DNA of 64,000 nucleotides from Mycobacteriales bacterium (GTDB lineage Bacteria > Actinomycetota > Actinomycetes > JAFAQI01): NCBI GenBank assembly GCA_035547035.1, contig DASZVL010000087.1, forward strand, positions 130,298-194,297, read 5' to 3'. Below the pieces are notes generated by a model. That model was not told where the DNA came from, did no database searches, and was given only the letters and a program-made list of their open reading frames with translations. Shown one piece after another: positions 10,221 to 19,359 of this stretch. Each line of letters starts with the position of its first letter. Positions within the stretch are counted from its first letter, which is position 1. The translations under genes and the position numbers were made by a program.

Positions 10221-11486
10221 TCAGCTTCCGATCGGGATGGCGATCGTGACGTCGGTCGGGCCGCCGACCGGGCTGTCGATCACGAGCGTCCCATCGAGGG
10301 TGGCCACTCGATCCGCAAGGCCGGCGAGTCCGCTGCCGATCGTCTGTCCCGCCTCGGCGCCGCCCGCGCCATCGTCGTGAACCCGCAAGTAGAGCGTGCT
10401 GCCGACCTCACGGACGTCGATCGATGCGTGGCGTGCACCGCTGTGCTTGACCGCGTTGGTGAGCAGCTCTGCGGTGCAGAAGTAGACAATCGTCTCGACG
10501 GCCGGTGACGGACGTTGTGACAGATCGATCCGCGCGGTGGTGGGCAGCGTCGACCGTGCCGCAAGTGTCGTCAGCGCGTCACCCAGTCCGTTGTCGAGGG
10601 CCGGCGGGTGGATGCCGCGGGCGAGGTCGCGCAGGTCGACGATCGTGCCCTTCGCCTCGCGGTGTGCAGTGTCGACGAGCTCACGGATCCGGTCGAGCGA
10701 GACCTCGTCGTCAGCGCTGCCCAGCTCGTCTTTGACGACGCCGAGGTTCATCGCGAGTCCGACCAGCCGGGCCTGGGCGCCGTCGTGCAGGTCGCGTTCG
10801 ATCCGGCGCAGCGCGGCCGCCGACTCGTCGACCGCCATCGTTCGCGTCTCTTCGAGCGACTGGATCCGGCGGTCCGCGTCAGTGGGTCCGAGCAGCCCGC
10901 GGACCAGCAGCGCGTCGATCCGCGTGACGCCACGTACGATCCACGGCGCCGCGAGAGTGAGCAGGATCCCGCCCAGGAACACGAGTGTGATCCGGCTGGC
11001 GGTGTCGGCGTACCAATGAGGTCCGAACTGCAGACCGTGGTGGAGCACGCCGCGGTCGCGCTGACGTGGCCAGCGCCACCAGATCGGGTACGTCAGTGCG
11101 CCCACCGAGTACGCGAAGAACGTGACTGCCAGCACGAAGTCGACGATGCCGAGCGGGAACCGCAGCAGCATGAAGAGGATCGCGCGCCACCCGTTGCGCT
11201 CCGCGATGTAGCCGAGGATGCCGGGCCGGCGGCGAACGGTCGGCGCTTCGACGTCGACGCCGAGGAAGGCCCGGCCCATCCCGCGATAGGCAGCGCCCCA
11301 GCCGCGGGCCATCGCGACGGTGAGCCCCAGCAGCGGAAGCCCGATCAGGGTGACCGACAGACCGGCCGAGACGCTGATCGCCGTGACGACGAAGACGAAG
11401 CCCGCGACCGCCAGAGGGAAACCCAACAGGCAGTACGCAAGGGCGCCCCACGTTTGGCGCTCGGCGTAGACCTTGATCGCTCGCAT
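10221..11486 (-). CDS. sensor histidine kinase (HisKA_3 type, multi-TM N-terminal sensor)
   Basis: In-frame ATG 11486 (MRAIKVYAERQTW...). H-box RIERDLHDGAQARL. HATPase boxes TNAVKHS, DDGAGG, GSGLAGLADRV. Hydrophobic N-terminal half. Confidence 0.85.
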   Translation of the reverse strand: MRAIKVYAERQTWGALAYCLLGFPLAVAGFVFVVTAISVSAGLSVTLIGLPLLGLTVAMARGWGAAYRGMGRAFLGVDVEAPTVRRRPGILGYIAERNGWRAILFMLLRFPLGIVDFVLAVTFFAYSVGALTYPIWWRWPRQRDRGVLHHGLQFGPHWYADTASRITLVFLGGILLTLAAPWIVRGVTRIDALLVRGLLGPTDADRRIQSLEETRTMAVDESAAALRRIERDLHDGAQARLVGLAMNLGVVKDELGSADDEVSLDRIRELVDTAHREAKGTIVDLRDLARGIHPPALDNGLGDALTTLAARSTLPTTARIDLSQRPSPAVETIVYFCTAELLTNAVKHSGARHASIDVREVGSTLYLRVHDDGAGGAEAGQTIGSGLAGLADRVATLDGTLVIDSPVGGPTDVTIAIPIGS

Positions 11487-11532
11487 GCCGACCACAGTGT
11501 CCCAGCGCGGCCGCCCCACACAGCCGGTCCGC

Positions 11533-11579
11533 CCCCGACTTCCGGTGGGGTTTTCCCTACCCGAAGTCGGGGGGTTTCC
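11533..11579. promoter_or_regulatory. candidate operator in the divergent HK / ABC promoter region
   Basis: Perfect 10-bp inverted repeat CCCCGACTTC (11533-11542) / GAAGTCGGGG (11563-11572). Direct repeat GGGGTTTTCC (11547-11556) / GGGGTTTCC (11571-11579). Confidence 0.35.
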
Positions 11580-11618
11580 GGCTGGTTGGGGCCCTGCTGG
11601 ATCCGCAGCCTGGCATTC

Positions 11619-12518
11619 ATGGATGCCATCGAGATTCAGCACCTGACCAAGAAGTACGGCGACAAGCTCGCCATCGACGACCTGACGTTCACCGTCCAGC
11701 CCGGTCGCGTCACGGGCTTCCTAGGACCCAACGGCGCCGGCAAGTCCACGACGATGCGGCTGATCCTCGGCCTCGATCGCGCGGACGGCGGGACGGCGCG
11801 AATCGGCGGCCTCGCCTACCGGGACATCCCGATGCCGCTGCGCCGTGTCGGCGCGCTGCTGGAGGCGAAGGCCCTGCACCCGGGTCGCAGCGCGCGGGAG
11901 CACCTTCGCTATCTCGCGGCCAGCCAGGGAATCGGCGACAACCGCGTCGACCACCTTCTGGAGCTGGTCGGACTGGCCGACGCGGCTGACCGGAGGGTCG
12001 GCGGGTTCTCACTCGGCATGGGCCAGCGGCTCGGTGTCGCGACGGCCCTGCTCGGTGACCCCGGGGTCGTCATCCTCGACGAGCCGGTCAACGGCCTCGA
12101 CATCGAGGGCGTCCGGTGGATCCGCGAGCTGCTTCGCTCGCTGGCCGACGAGGGCCGCACTGTCCTGCTGTCGAGCCACCTGCTCGCCGAGGTGTCGGTG
12201 ACGGCCGATCACCTCGTCGTCATCCAGCAGGGACGTCTGGTCGCAGACTGCCCAACCGGTCAGCTGACCAACGACGACGCAGGCACGGTGCTGGTCGTCG
12301 CACCACAGCGCGACCAGCTTCACGACGCCTTGGTCAAGGCTGGCGCGGCGGTCGAGGCTTGCGACATCGACTCACTCGTCGTCGGCGGAATGTCCGCTGC
12401 CCAGATCGGCGATCTTGCGCTGTCCGCGCGACTCGCCGTCCATGAGCTCACCCCTCGTCACACCTCGCTCGAGGAGGCATTCCTCGAGCTCACCGAGTCC
12501 TTGAGGAGCACGTCATGA
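11619..12518 (+). CDS. ABC transporter ATP-binding protein (ABC-2 exporter type)
   Basis: In-frame ATG 11619 (MDAIEIQHLTKKYGD). Walker A GPNGAGKST, signature-like FSLGMGQRL, Walker B VVILDEP. Confidence 0.9.
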   Translation: MDAIEIQHLTKKYGDKLAIDDLTFTVQPGRVTGFLGPNGAGKSTTMRLILGLDRADGGTARIGGLAYRDIPMPLRRVGALLEAKALHPGRSAREHLRYLAASQGIGDNRVDHLLELVGLADAADRRVGGFSLGMGQRLGVATALLGDPGVVILDEPVNGLDIEGVRWIRELLRSLADEGRTVLLSSHLLAEVSVTADHLVVIQQGRLVADCPTGQLTNDDAGTVLVVAPQRDQLHDALVKAGAAVEACDIDSLVVGGMSAAQIGDLALSARLAVHELTPRHTSLEEAFLELTESLRSTS

Positions 12519-13294
12519 CAGAGCTGCAACGGCTGATGCGAGCGGAGTGGATCAAGCTGAGGTCGCTGCGTTCCACGAAGTGGACGCTGTTCGCGTTGGT
12601 CGTGACGACCGTCGGGCTCGGGGCGCTGATCAGTGCAGAGACCGCGGCGCACTGGAACCACCTGTCGTTGATCGACAAGCGCACCTGGGACCCGACCAAC
12701 AACAGCCTCGCGGGCACGGCCTTCGGTGAGCTCGCCGTCGCCGTCCTCGGGGTGCTTGCCATCACGGCGGAGTACTCCAGCGGCACGATCCGCAGCAGCG
12801 TGGCGGCGGCGCCGCGTCGTACGCCGTTGTTGCTCGCGAAGGCTCTCGTCTTCGGCGGCGTGTCGCTGGTGACCGGGGAGATCATCTCGTTCGTCTCCTA
12901 CTTCATCGGGCAGGCTCTGTTCAGCGGGCACGCGCCGGTCAGCCACATCGCTGACCCGGGAGTGATTCGTGCAGTCGCGATGACGGGCGGCTACCTCGCG
13001 CTGGTCTGTCTGATGGCGATCGGGATCGGCTTCGTGCTGCGTCACACCGCGGGAGCGATCGCGGCACTTGTCGGGCTGTTGATCGTCCTGCCGAGTGTCT
13101 TCGCGGCGCTGCCGACCGGTGCGCAGAATGCCATCGAGAAGTTCATGCCCGAGCAGATCGCGGCGTCATCGACGGGGGCGGTTCTCCCGGAAGCGCACTA
13201 CTTCGGGCCGTGGACCGGTTTGGGCCTGCTCGTGCTCTACGCCGCAGCGGCGATGGGCGCCGGGATGTGGCAGTTCGCGCGTCGCGACGTGTGA
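12515..13294 (+). CDS. ABC-2 type transporter permease
   Basis: 259-aa ORF whose start overlaps the ATPase stop by 4 nt. Six hydrophobic segments. Confidence 0.8.
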   Translation: MTELQRLMRAEWIKLRSLRSTKWTLFALVVTTVGLGALISAETAAHWNHLSLIDKRTWDPTNNSLAGTAFGELAVAVLGVLAITAEYSSGTIRSSVAAAPRRTPLLLAKALVFGGVSLVTGEIISFVSYFIGQALFSGHAPVSHIADPGVIRAVAMTGGYLALVCLMAIGIGFVLRHTAGAIAALVGLLIVLPSVFAALPTGAQNAIEKFMPEQIAASSTGAVLPEAHYFGPWTGLGLLVLYAAAAMGAGMWQFARRDV

Positions 13295-13337
13295 CGGGGT
13301 GGCGGTTGTGTCGGTCGTCGGGCCTACGCTCGGCCCG

Positions 13338-13934
13338 ATGGCTGAGGCACCCGAGCTGCTCGTCGTGGACGGGGCCGCGTGGCGTGACTGGCTTGAGTCC
13401 AACCACGCGGCCTCGGCCGGCGTCCGGCTCGTGTTGGCGAAGAAGGGCACTACTGACCCGACGCGACTGACCTACGACGACGCGCTGCCCGAAGCGCTGT
13501 GCTTCGGCTGGATCGACGGCCATCTCACGCGCCGCGATGACTCGACGTACCGGGTTCGCTTCACACCGAGACGCACCCGCAGCACGTGGTCGAGACGCAA
13601 CGTCGAGGCCGCGGATCGGCTGATCTCGGAAGGACGGATGCAGCCTGCCGGCCTCGCCGAGGTCGAGCGAGCGAAGTCCGATGGACGGTGGGCGAAGGCG
13701 TACGACGGTTCAGCGACCATCGAGGTTCCCGACGACCTTCACGAAGCGCTCGCCGCGTCACCGCGGGCGCAGGCGATGTGGGACGTGCTGACCCGGACCA
13801 ACCGCTACGCCGTGCTCTACCGAGTCCAGGACGCCAAGCGCGCCGAGACCCGAGCACGGCGAATCAGCCAGTTCGTCGAGATGCTCGCCCGCGGCGAGAC
13901 GCCGCATCCCCAGAAGGCACGCCCGGAGCGCTGA
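13338..13934 (+). CDS. YdeI/OmpD-associated family protein
   Basis: In-frame ATG 13338 (MAEAPELLVVDGAAWRDWLESNH...). Characteristic blocks ALCFGWIDG, RFTPRR..S.WS..N, and C-terminal RISQFVEMLARGE. Confidence 0.7.
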   Translation: MAEAPELLVVDGAAWRDWLESNHAASAGVRLVLAKKGTTDPTRLTYDDALPEALCFGWIDGHLTRRDDSTYRVRFTPRRTRSTWSRRNVEAADRLISEGRMQPAGLAEVERAKSDGRWAKAYDGSATIEVPDDLHEALAASPRAQAMWDVLTRTNRYAVLYRVQDAKRAETRARRISQFVEMLARGETPHPQKARPER

Positions 13935-13936
13935 GG

Positions 13937-13976
13937 GGTGACCGGAGTTGGTGTCGAGAATCGCACCAGCTTCACC
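13937..13976 (+). terminator. hairpin after the ydeI-like gene
   Basis: GGTGA-CCGG-AGTTGGTG ... CACCAGCT-TCACC, with one mismatch in the inner stem. Confidence 0.35.
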
Positions 13977-14079
13977 GCCGTCCGTGGTCCCCGCCTAGCG
14001 CGGTGGCGGCGGATCCGACGGGCGGCACGACGACATCTGTTCGTCCGCGCGCTGCTCGCCCTCGGCCGCGAGCCTTCAA

Positions 14080-15030
14080 GTGGACCTGCGTCGCGGTGTC
14101 TGGTCGAATCCGACTGTGAGCACAGGGTCTTCGGCTGTCGAAGTCCGTCTGCTGGACGCAGACGACGACTTCGACGCGCTCAATGTCGGCAATCCGATGG
14201 CCCCGACGGCGATGTTTCTGTGGCGATCCCGACGGCCCCATGATCCGGAGTCGCACTGGTTCGCCGGCCTTCTGGACTCCGTGCCGGTGGGCTTCGCTGC
14301 CGCCCGCAGCGTCCCCGTCACCGCAGCGGGCTACGGCAGCGCGATCATCGCCGTCCGCCCGGAGGCACGCCGGAGGGGCGTCGCTTCGGCCCTTCGCGAG
14401 GCGGTGGCCGAAGCGTGCCGGGGCAGAGTGCCCGGGGTCGGGTATCGCTGCCTCGCCGGCCACGCTGACACCGCGGCGACGATCGCGGCATGGAACCTCG
14501 AGATCACTGATAAGTCGATCGAGAGCGTCCTCGATCTGCGTGAGATCGACCGTGGCGCGTACGAGCTGATGGCTGCCGCGCCAGGCGTCGGCATGCGCAC
14601 AGCGGGTGATCTTGACGAGGCCTCGTGGCGTGAGGTGTACGACTTCGTCGCTGATCGGTTCCGAGAGACGCCCGACTTCGGCGGCGCCGGCCAAGGCCCG
14701 CGGTATGAAGCCTTCCGCGCGATGCTGCCGCAGCCGTGGATGGTGCTGCTTGGATACGAATCGGGTCGACTGATCGGCGTTACCTTCGCCGGATATCGCG
14801 CCGGTGACGCAGCTGAGGTCAACACGATATTGACTGGGGTGGTCGCAGACGCCCGCGGCCGGGGCGTGGCCACGGGGTTGAAAGCGCGGCACGCGCTCAT
14901 GCTCGCCGACCGCGGGGTTGCCAGGATCTACACACAGAACATGGCGGGCAACGCGCCGATCCGAGCGGCCAACGAACATATGGGATTCGCGGTCGTCGCC
15001 GAGCACCTCATCGTTCGCGAGACCTATTGA
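14080..15030 (+). CDS. GNAT family N-acetyltransferase (two GNAT-like halves)
   Basis: Two acetyl-CoA motif-A-like segments (VRPEARRRGVASAL and ARGRGVATGLKARH) and C-terminal NAPIRAANEHMGF. The start may be GTG 14116. Confidence 0.7.
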   Translation: MDLRRGVWSNPTVSTGSSAVEVRLLDADDDFDALNVGNPMAPTAMFLWRSRRPHDPESHWFAGLLDSVPVGFAAARSVPVTAAGYGSAIIAVRPEARRRGVASALREAVAEACRGRVPGVGYRCLAGHADTAATIAAWNLEITDKSIESVLDLREIDRGAYELMAAAPGVGMRTAGDLDEASWREVYDFVADRFRETPDFGGAGQGPRYEAFRAMLPQPWMVLLGYESGRLIGVTFAGYRAGDAAEVNTILTGVVADARGRGVATGLKARHALMLADRGVARIYTQNMAGNAPIRAANEHMGFAVVAEHLIVRETY

Positions 15031-15153
15031 CGGTTGTGGGCTGTTGGATGCGCGGCCACACCTAGCAGTTCACAAGACGGCTCGGTCATTCTTGTCGCTC
15101 CCCGCGTCGCATGCACAAGCTCACCCGAGGTGGCGCCGACGCAGCCCGAAAGT

Positions 15154-15227
15154 TGGAGCGGGTGACGGGAATCGAACCCGCACTGTCAGCTTGGGAAGCT
15201 GATGTTCTGCCATTGAACTACACCCGC
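15154..15227 (-). tRNA. tRNA-Gly (anticodon CCC), CCA encoded
   Basis: The reverse complement GCGGGTGTAGTTCAATGGCAGAACATCAGCTTCCCAAGCTGACAGTGCGGGTTCGATTCCCGTCACCCGCTCCA folds as a cloverleaf. Acceptor GCGGGTG/CACCCGC, anticodon stem TCAGC/GCTGA, loop TTCCCAA, T-loop TTCGATT. Confidence 0.92.
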
Positions 15228-15310
15228 GAGCGTCGCCGTTCGGCGTACGAACGCAGCCGAGGATAGCCGCCCGGACGCGTGCCGTTGGCTGGTCCACGGA
15301 CAATGAGCCC

Positions 15311-15553
15311 ATGCGCTTGAGCCGTCACTGGTCCGCGTTCCTGCTCCTGTTCGGACTGTGGTCCTGGGTGATCTGGCCGACGTTCATCAACAACATCGCC
15401 AACGATCCGCGAGCGTTCACGGGGAACCGTCCACACGCGTTCTTCGTCGTGCACCTGATCCTGACGGTCATCTCGCTCGCCTTCGGTACGGCGATCGGTT
15501 GGCTCGGCGTCAGAGGCTGGCGAGCTCCCCAAGGCGAGAGCGCGGCCGGATAG
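15311..15553 (+). CDS. small two-TM membrane protein (SCO4848-family-like)
   Basis: 80 aa: MRLSRHWSAFLLLFGLWSWVIWPTFINNI...FFVVHLILTVISLAFGTAIGWLGVRGW. As I recall for this family, it lies next to tRNA-Gly and dcd. Confidence 0.6.
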   Translation: MRLSRHWSAFLLLFGLWSWVIWPTFINNIANDPRAFTGNRPHAFFVVHLILTVISLAFGTAIGWLGVRGWRAPQGESAAG

Positions 15554-15561
15554 GACGCGGG

Positions 15562-16251
15562 TCACGGCCGCGCCTCGGCTGCAAGCTTCCGCATCGCCGC
15601 GATCTCGGTTGCGCTCATGTTGGCGTCGAGGGCCTTCCATTCCGCCGCGACCGTAAGCGCCGGCGCGAGAGCGGCCCGGTCGTACCGGCGTACGAAGGAG
15701 CTTGCGAGCCAGGCCCGACCCAGCGCGATGACGGCGCTTTGCACGCGCCCGGCCGGAACCGCACCGGTGGCCATGAGGAGGTACGCCACAGCCACGTCCG
15801 TCGTCGGATCCCCGCGACCTGGCCGCGCCCAGTCGATCACGACCGGCCCGCGCGCCGAGATGATCACGTTCAGCGGGTGCAGATCCATGTGCACGACCCG
15901 GGTCCCCTTGCCGGCGTCCGCGTCGCGCAGGAAGTCGGGCGCGGCGATCGCATGCAGCTGGTCGTGGAGATCGGCCAGCATCGCTGCGCCGCGAGGCAGG
16001 GTCCAGGGCTTGCGCGACATCCAGTCCGCCATAGACGGGCCGTCGACGCGTTCCATGACGAGGTCGTGCTCGTCCGCGCTGAGCTCGTCGACCTTCGGGA
16101 CCGGATAGCCCTGCTCGTGCATGAACGCCATGACGCGTGCTTCGTCGGCCAGCGAGCGGCCGTGCCGGGATCGGCGCAGGACGAGGCCCGGGCCGCACTC
16201 GAAGATGTCGGCGTCGCGTCCCGCGCCCAGCAGCTCCCCCGGCTTGCGCAT
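15562..16251 (-). CDS. phosphotransferase (APH/choline-kinase-like) family protein
   Basis: In-frame ATG 16251 (MRKPGELLGAGRDADIFE...). Catalytic-loop-like HMDLHPLNVI and DW motif VIDWARPGRGDP. Confidence 0.75.
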   Translation of the reverse strand: MRKPGELLGAGRDADIFECGPGLVLRRSRHGRSLADEARVMAFMHEQGYPVPKVDELSADEHDLVMERVDGPSMADWMSRKPWTLPRGAAMLADLHDQLHAIAAPDFLRDADAGKGTRVVHMDLHPLNVIISARGPVVIDWARPGRGDPTTDVAVAYLLMATGAVPAGRVQSAVIALGRAWLASSFVRRYDRAALAPALTVAAEWKALDANMSATEIAAMRKLAAEARP

Positions 16252-16282
16252 GTCACCCGGACCGTATCGCCGACGGAGTCGA

Positions 16283-16297
16283 TAGCCTCCTCGCGTG
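16283..16297 (+). promoter_or_regulatory. -10-like TAGCCT followed after 6 nt by the dcd GTG (predicted leaderless mRNA)
   Basis: GATAGCCTCCTCGCGTG: TAGCCT at 16283-16288, GTG at 16295-16297, and no Shine-Dalgarno sequence. Confidence 0.4.
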
Positions 16298-16873
16298 CTG
16301 CTCTCCGACCGGGACATCAAGGCCGAGATCAAGGCCGGGCGACTCGGAATCGACCCGTACGACGAGTCGCTCGTGCAGCCGTCCAGCATCGACGTCCGGC
16401 TCGACCGGATGTTCCGCGTCTTCGAGAACCACCGTTACCCGCACATCGACCCGGCCGAGGAGCAGGAGGACCTGACCCGGCTGGTCGAGGTCGCCGTCGA
16501 CGAGCCGTTCATCCTGCACCCGGGCGAGTTCGTCCTCGGCTCGACGTACGAGGTCGTCACCCTCGCCGACGACCTTGCCGCACGCCTCGAGGGAAAGAGC
16601 TCGCTCGGCCGGCTCGGCCTGCTCACCCACTCGACGGCGGGCTTCATCGACCCGGGCTTCTCCGGTCACGTGACGCTGGAGCTGTCTAACGTCGCGACGC
16701 TGCCCATCAAGCTCTGGCCGGGGATGAAGATCGGCCAGGTCTGCGTCTTCCGACTGACGTCGCCCGCCGAGCACCCGTACGGGTCAGCGGTCTACGGCTC
16801 GCGCTACCAGGGCCAGCGCGGTCCGACCCCGTCGCGGTCGAGCATCAACTTCCGCCGCGGCGACATCGCCTAG
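16295..16873 (+). CDS. dcd: dCTP deaminase
   Basis: 192 aa: [37 protein letters not shown]...[17 protein letters not shown]. Confidence 0.93.
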   Translation: MLLSDRDIKAEIKAGRLGIDPYDESLVQPSSIDVRLDRMFRVFENHRYPHIDPAEEQEDLTRLVEVAVDEPFILHPGEFVLGSTYEVVTLADDLAARLEGKSSLGRLGLLTHSTAGFIDPGFSGHVTLELSNVATLPIKLWPGMKIGQVCVFRLTSPAEHPYGSAVYGSRYQGQRGPTPSRSSINFRRGDIA

Positions 16874-17019
16874 CGCGCGTCAAGAGCGAGAGCGCAACAA
16901 CCGGCGGGTTGGTTGGGCGGCTGGCCTTTCGTTGAGCGTGACGAAAGTTGCGCGACACAGCCGCACGAAGCGCAACGTTCGCAATGGTGGACGAATGCCC
17001 AAGCCAGTTGCGCGCTGAG
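16874..17019. other. 146-nt multi-hairpin convergent spacer (bidirectional terminator and/or structured RNA)
   Basis: Heptamers GCGCAAC (16892, 16970) and GTTGCGC (16947, 17007). Local hairpins CAACAACC-GGCG-GGTTGGTTG, CTTTCGT-TGAGCGTG-ACGAAAG, GTTGCGC-N16-GCGCAAC, CGTTCG-N10-CGAATG. Confidence 0.4.
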
Positions 17020-19290
17020 CTACTCGCCCGACTTGTCGTCGAGGTCGATCACCGGGTCGTCGCTGCTCGCCACCGATGGTGACGGGTCGATCGGCGGGGT
17101 CTCCGGGTTCGTCGTGGACGATTCGAGCGGCTGCTCCGGCGTCGGCTCGGATGCGGTCGGGTCAGTCGGTGCGCCCGCTCCCCCAGCGGTCTCCGGTGCC
17201 GGCGGCGCGGCGACGGCCTCGGTCTGCGCCGCAGGTGCTCCCGCCATTGCCGGCTGCAGCTTGCGCAGACCGATCGAGTCGCTGATCACCTGCGCGATGT
17301 CGATGACCTTGACGTTCTGAGCCTTGCCTTCGGCGCGCTTCCCGTTGATCGCGTCGTCCATCATGATCAGGCAGTACGGGCAGGACGTCGCGATCAGCTC
17401 GGCGCCGGTGTCGATCGCCTCTTCGGTGCGCTCGACGTTGACGCGCTTGCCGATCCGCTCCTCCATCCACATCCGCGCGCCACCCGCACCGCAGCAGAAG
17501 CCGCGCTTGCCGTGGCGGTGCATCTCGACGCGCTCGAGACCAGGAATCGCGTCGAGCACCGTGCGCGGTGCGTCCATGACGTCGTTGTGGCGACCGAGGT
17601 AGCACGGGTCGTGGTAGGTCAGTCGCGCAACGATCGGATCCTGCGGCGACAGCTTCCCTTCGGTGACGAGGCGCGCGAGCAGCTGCGAGTGGTGCACGAC
17701 CTCGAAGTTGCCACCCAGCGCGGGGTACTCGTTGCCGAGTGTGTTGAAGCAGTGCGGGCAGGACGCGACGATCTTCTTCGTCCCGACGCCATCGAGGATC
17801 TCGATGTTGGCCTTGGCCATCTCCTGGAAGAGGTACTCGTTGCCGATCCGGCGGGCCGGGTCGCCGGTGCACGCCTCCTGCGGGCCGAGGATCGCGAACT
17901 TTACGCCGGCCGCGTGGAAGACACTGGCGATCGCCTGCGTCGACTTGCGAGCGCGGTCGTCGAGCGAGCCGGCGCAGCCGACCCAATAGAGCCACTCGAC
18001 GTCGTCCGGGATCTTGTCCTCGACGATGGGGATCTCGAAGTCCACGCCCTCGAGCCATTCGGTGCGCATGTCCGCACGCAGGCCCCACGGGTTGCCCTGG
18101 TTCTCGATGTTGCGCAGCATCGTGCCGGCTTCGCTCGGGAAGCTCGACTCCATCAGCACCTGGTAACGGCGCATGTCGACGATCGCGTCAACGTGCTCGA
18201 TGTCGACCGGGCACTCCTCGACGCAGGCGCCGCAGGTCGTGCACGACCACAGGACGTCGGGGTCGATGACGTCGGGCACGAGCGCCTTCGGCTCTGCCTC
18301 GGGGTCGTCGCCGAGCAGCCGAGGCGCCTCGGCGAACAGCGCGTCGCGAATCCCCGTGATGACGAGCTTGGGGTTCAGCGGCTTTCCCGTGTTCCATGCC
18401 GGGCACTTGTCCTGGCATCGACCGCACTCGGTGCAGGCAAGGGTCTGCAGCAGCTGCTGCTGGTGGAAGTGGTCGACCTGGCCGACACCGAGGACCGCGT
18501 TCTCGTCCTCCATCAGCTTCTCGAGGTCCGGCGTCGTACCGAGTGCGCCGAGCGCCTTGGGGTGGCGCTTCAGCGACGCGTTGATGGGTGCGGTGACGAT
18601 GTGCATGTGCTTGCCGTAGAGCAGGAAGACGAGGAAGCCCACGACGACCGCGATCTGGGCGACCACGAACGCTGACTCGAACGAGATGCCACCCGGCGTG
18701 ATGTAGCTGACGGCCTTCGAGGCAAAGGGCCACCAGCCGTCGTTCTGGTAGGGGAAGTAGCCGTTGGAGATCTGCGCGCCGCGGTAGAGCACCAGCGTCG
18801 CCATCACGAGGAAGATGAGTCCGAGGACGATGTACGCCTGGTCGACGTGTGAGCCGTAGAACCGGGACTTCCGCCCGACCCGGTGTGGTGAGCGCACGAT
18901 CCGGATGATCGTGAAGATCACGAGCGCGACGGTGACCGCGACGGCGAAGATGTCCTCGATCAGGCCGAGCGCTCGGCTCCGGCCGATCCATGGCAGCGCG
19001 AAGTCGCGCTGGAACAGCGCGCCGTACGCCTCGATGATCGTGAGGAACAGCACCGTGAAGCCCCAGAAGGTGAACGCGTGGGCGGTGCCCGACCCTTTCA
19101 GCTTGAACAGCTTGCGCTGGGCGAGGACGTCGACGAGCTGGGCCCGGACAGCGCCGAGCACGTTGGGCTTGCGCTCCGGCGGGATCGGGGCGCCGGCGAG
19201 GACCAGGCGGCCGAGCCACAGCAGGCGGTAGCCGGCTACGGCGAACGCGATGGCCGTCACGGCCAGGCCAGCGATGAGGCGAACAGTCAC
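17020..19290 (-). CDS. membrane-bound (Fe-S)-binding reductase, NarI-like TM domain fused to an HdrD/GlpC-like 2x[4Fe-4S] + CCG domain (M. tuberculosis Rv0338c-like)
   Basis: 756 aa with N-terminal TM helices. Ferredoxin motifs [12 protein letters not shown] and [12 protein letters not shown]. Cys-rich CCG-type regions (GCAGS..., [23 protein letters not shown]). Pro/Thr/Glu/Ser-rich C-terminal tail. Confidence 0.85.
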   Translation of the reverse strand: MTVRLIAGLAVTAIAFAVAGYRLLWLGRLVLAGAPIPPERKPNVLGAVRAQLVDVLAQRKLFKLKGSGTAHAFTFWGFTVLFLTIIEAYGALFQRDFALPWIGRSRALGLIEDIFAVAVTVALVIFTIIRIVRSPHRVGRKSRFYGSHVDQAYIVLGLIFLVMATLVLYRGAQISNGYFPYQNDGWWPFASKAVSYITPGGISFESAFVVAQIAVVVGFLVFLLYGKHMHIVTAPINASLKRHPKALGALGTTPDLEKLMEDENAVLGVGQVDHFHQQQLLQTLACTECGRCQDKCPAWNTGKPLNPKLVITGIRDALFAEAPRLLGDDPEAEPKALVPDVIDPDVLWSCTTCGACVEECPVDIEHVDAIVDMRRYQVLMESSFPSEAGTMLRNIENQGNPWGLRADMRTEWLEGVDFEIPIVEDKIPDDVEWLYWVGCAGSLDDRARKSTQAIASVFHAAGVKFAILGPQEACTGDPARRIGNEYLFQEMAKANIEILDGVGTKKIVASCPHCFNTLGNEYPALGGNFEVVHHSQLLARLVTEGKLSPQDPIVARLTYHDPCYLGRHNDVMDAPRTVLDAIPGLERVEMHRHGKRGFCCGAGGARMWMEERIGKRVNVERTEEAIDTGAELIATSCPYCLIMMDDAINGKRAEGKAQNVKVIDIAQVISDSIGLRKLQPAMAGAPAAQTEAVAAPPAPETAGGAGAPTDPTASEPTPEQPLESSTTNPETPPIDPSPSVASSDDPVIDLDDKSGE

Positions 19291-19302
19291 GCGGCGACTT
19301 TA
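19288..19302 (-). promoter_or_regulatory. -10-like TAAAGT followed after 6 nt by the GTG of the Fe-S reductase gene (predicted leaderless)
   Basis: The minus strand reads CTAAGTAAAGTCGCCGCGTG. TAAAGT is at 19302-19297 and GTG at 19290-19288. Confidence 0.35.
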
Positions 19303-19315
19303 CTTAGCCGAGCGC

Positions 19316-19359
19316 AGGTGCCATCCGCCCCACCCCGCTAGGGCGGAGGTGCCATCCGC
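19316..19359. promoter_or_regulatory. 13-nt exact direct repeat AGGTGCCATCCGC x2 upstream of the Fe-S reductase gene
   Basis: Copies at 19316-19328 and 19347-19359, starts 31 nt apart. Each is followed by GCTAG (the first after an 8-nt insert). Confidence 0.3.

Noticed and set aside
10608-11618. N-terminal 337 codons of the 636-aa ORF that ends as the ABC ATPase
   Set aside because: This part is antisense to the histidine kinase and has Arg/Asp-rich composition. A proper start, MDAIEIQHLTKKYG, is at 11619.
15030-15311. tRNA-Gly (and tRNA-Phe at 63054-63130) as anchors of integrated genomic islands
   Set aside because: I noticed no integrase, recombinase or transposase gene nearby and no repeat of the tRNA 3' end. 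The flanking genes (dcd and the SCO4848-like gene) are the usual conserved neighbours.
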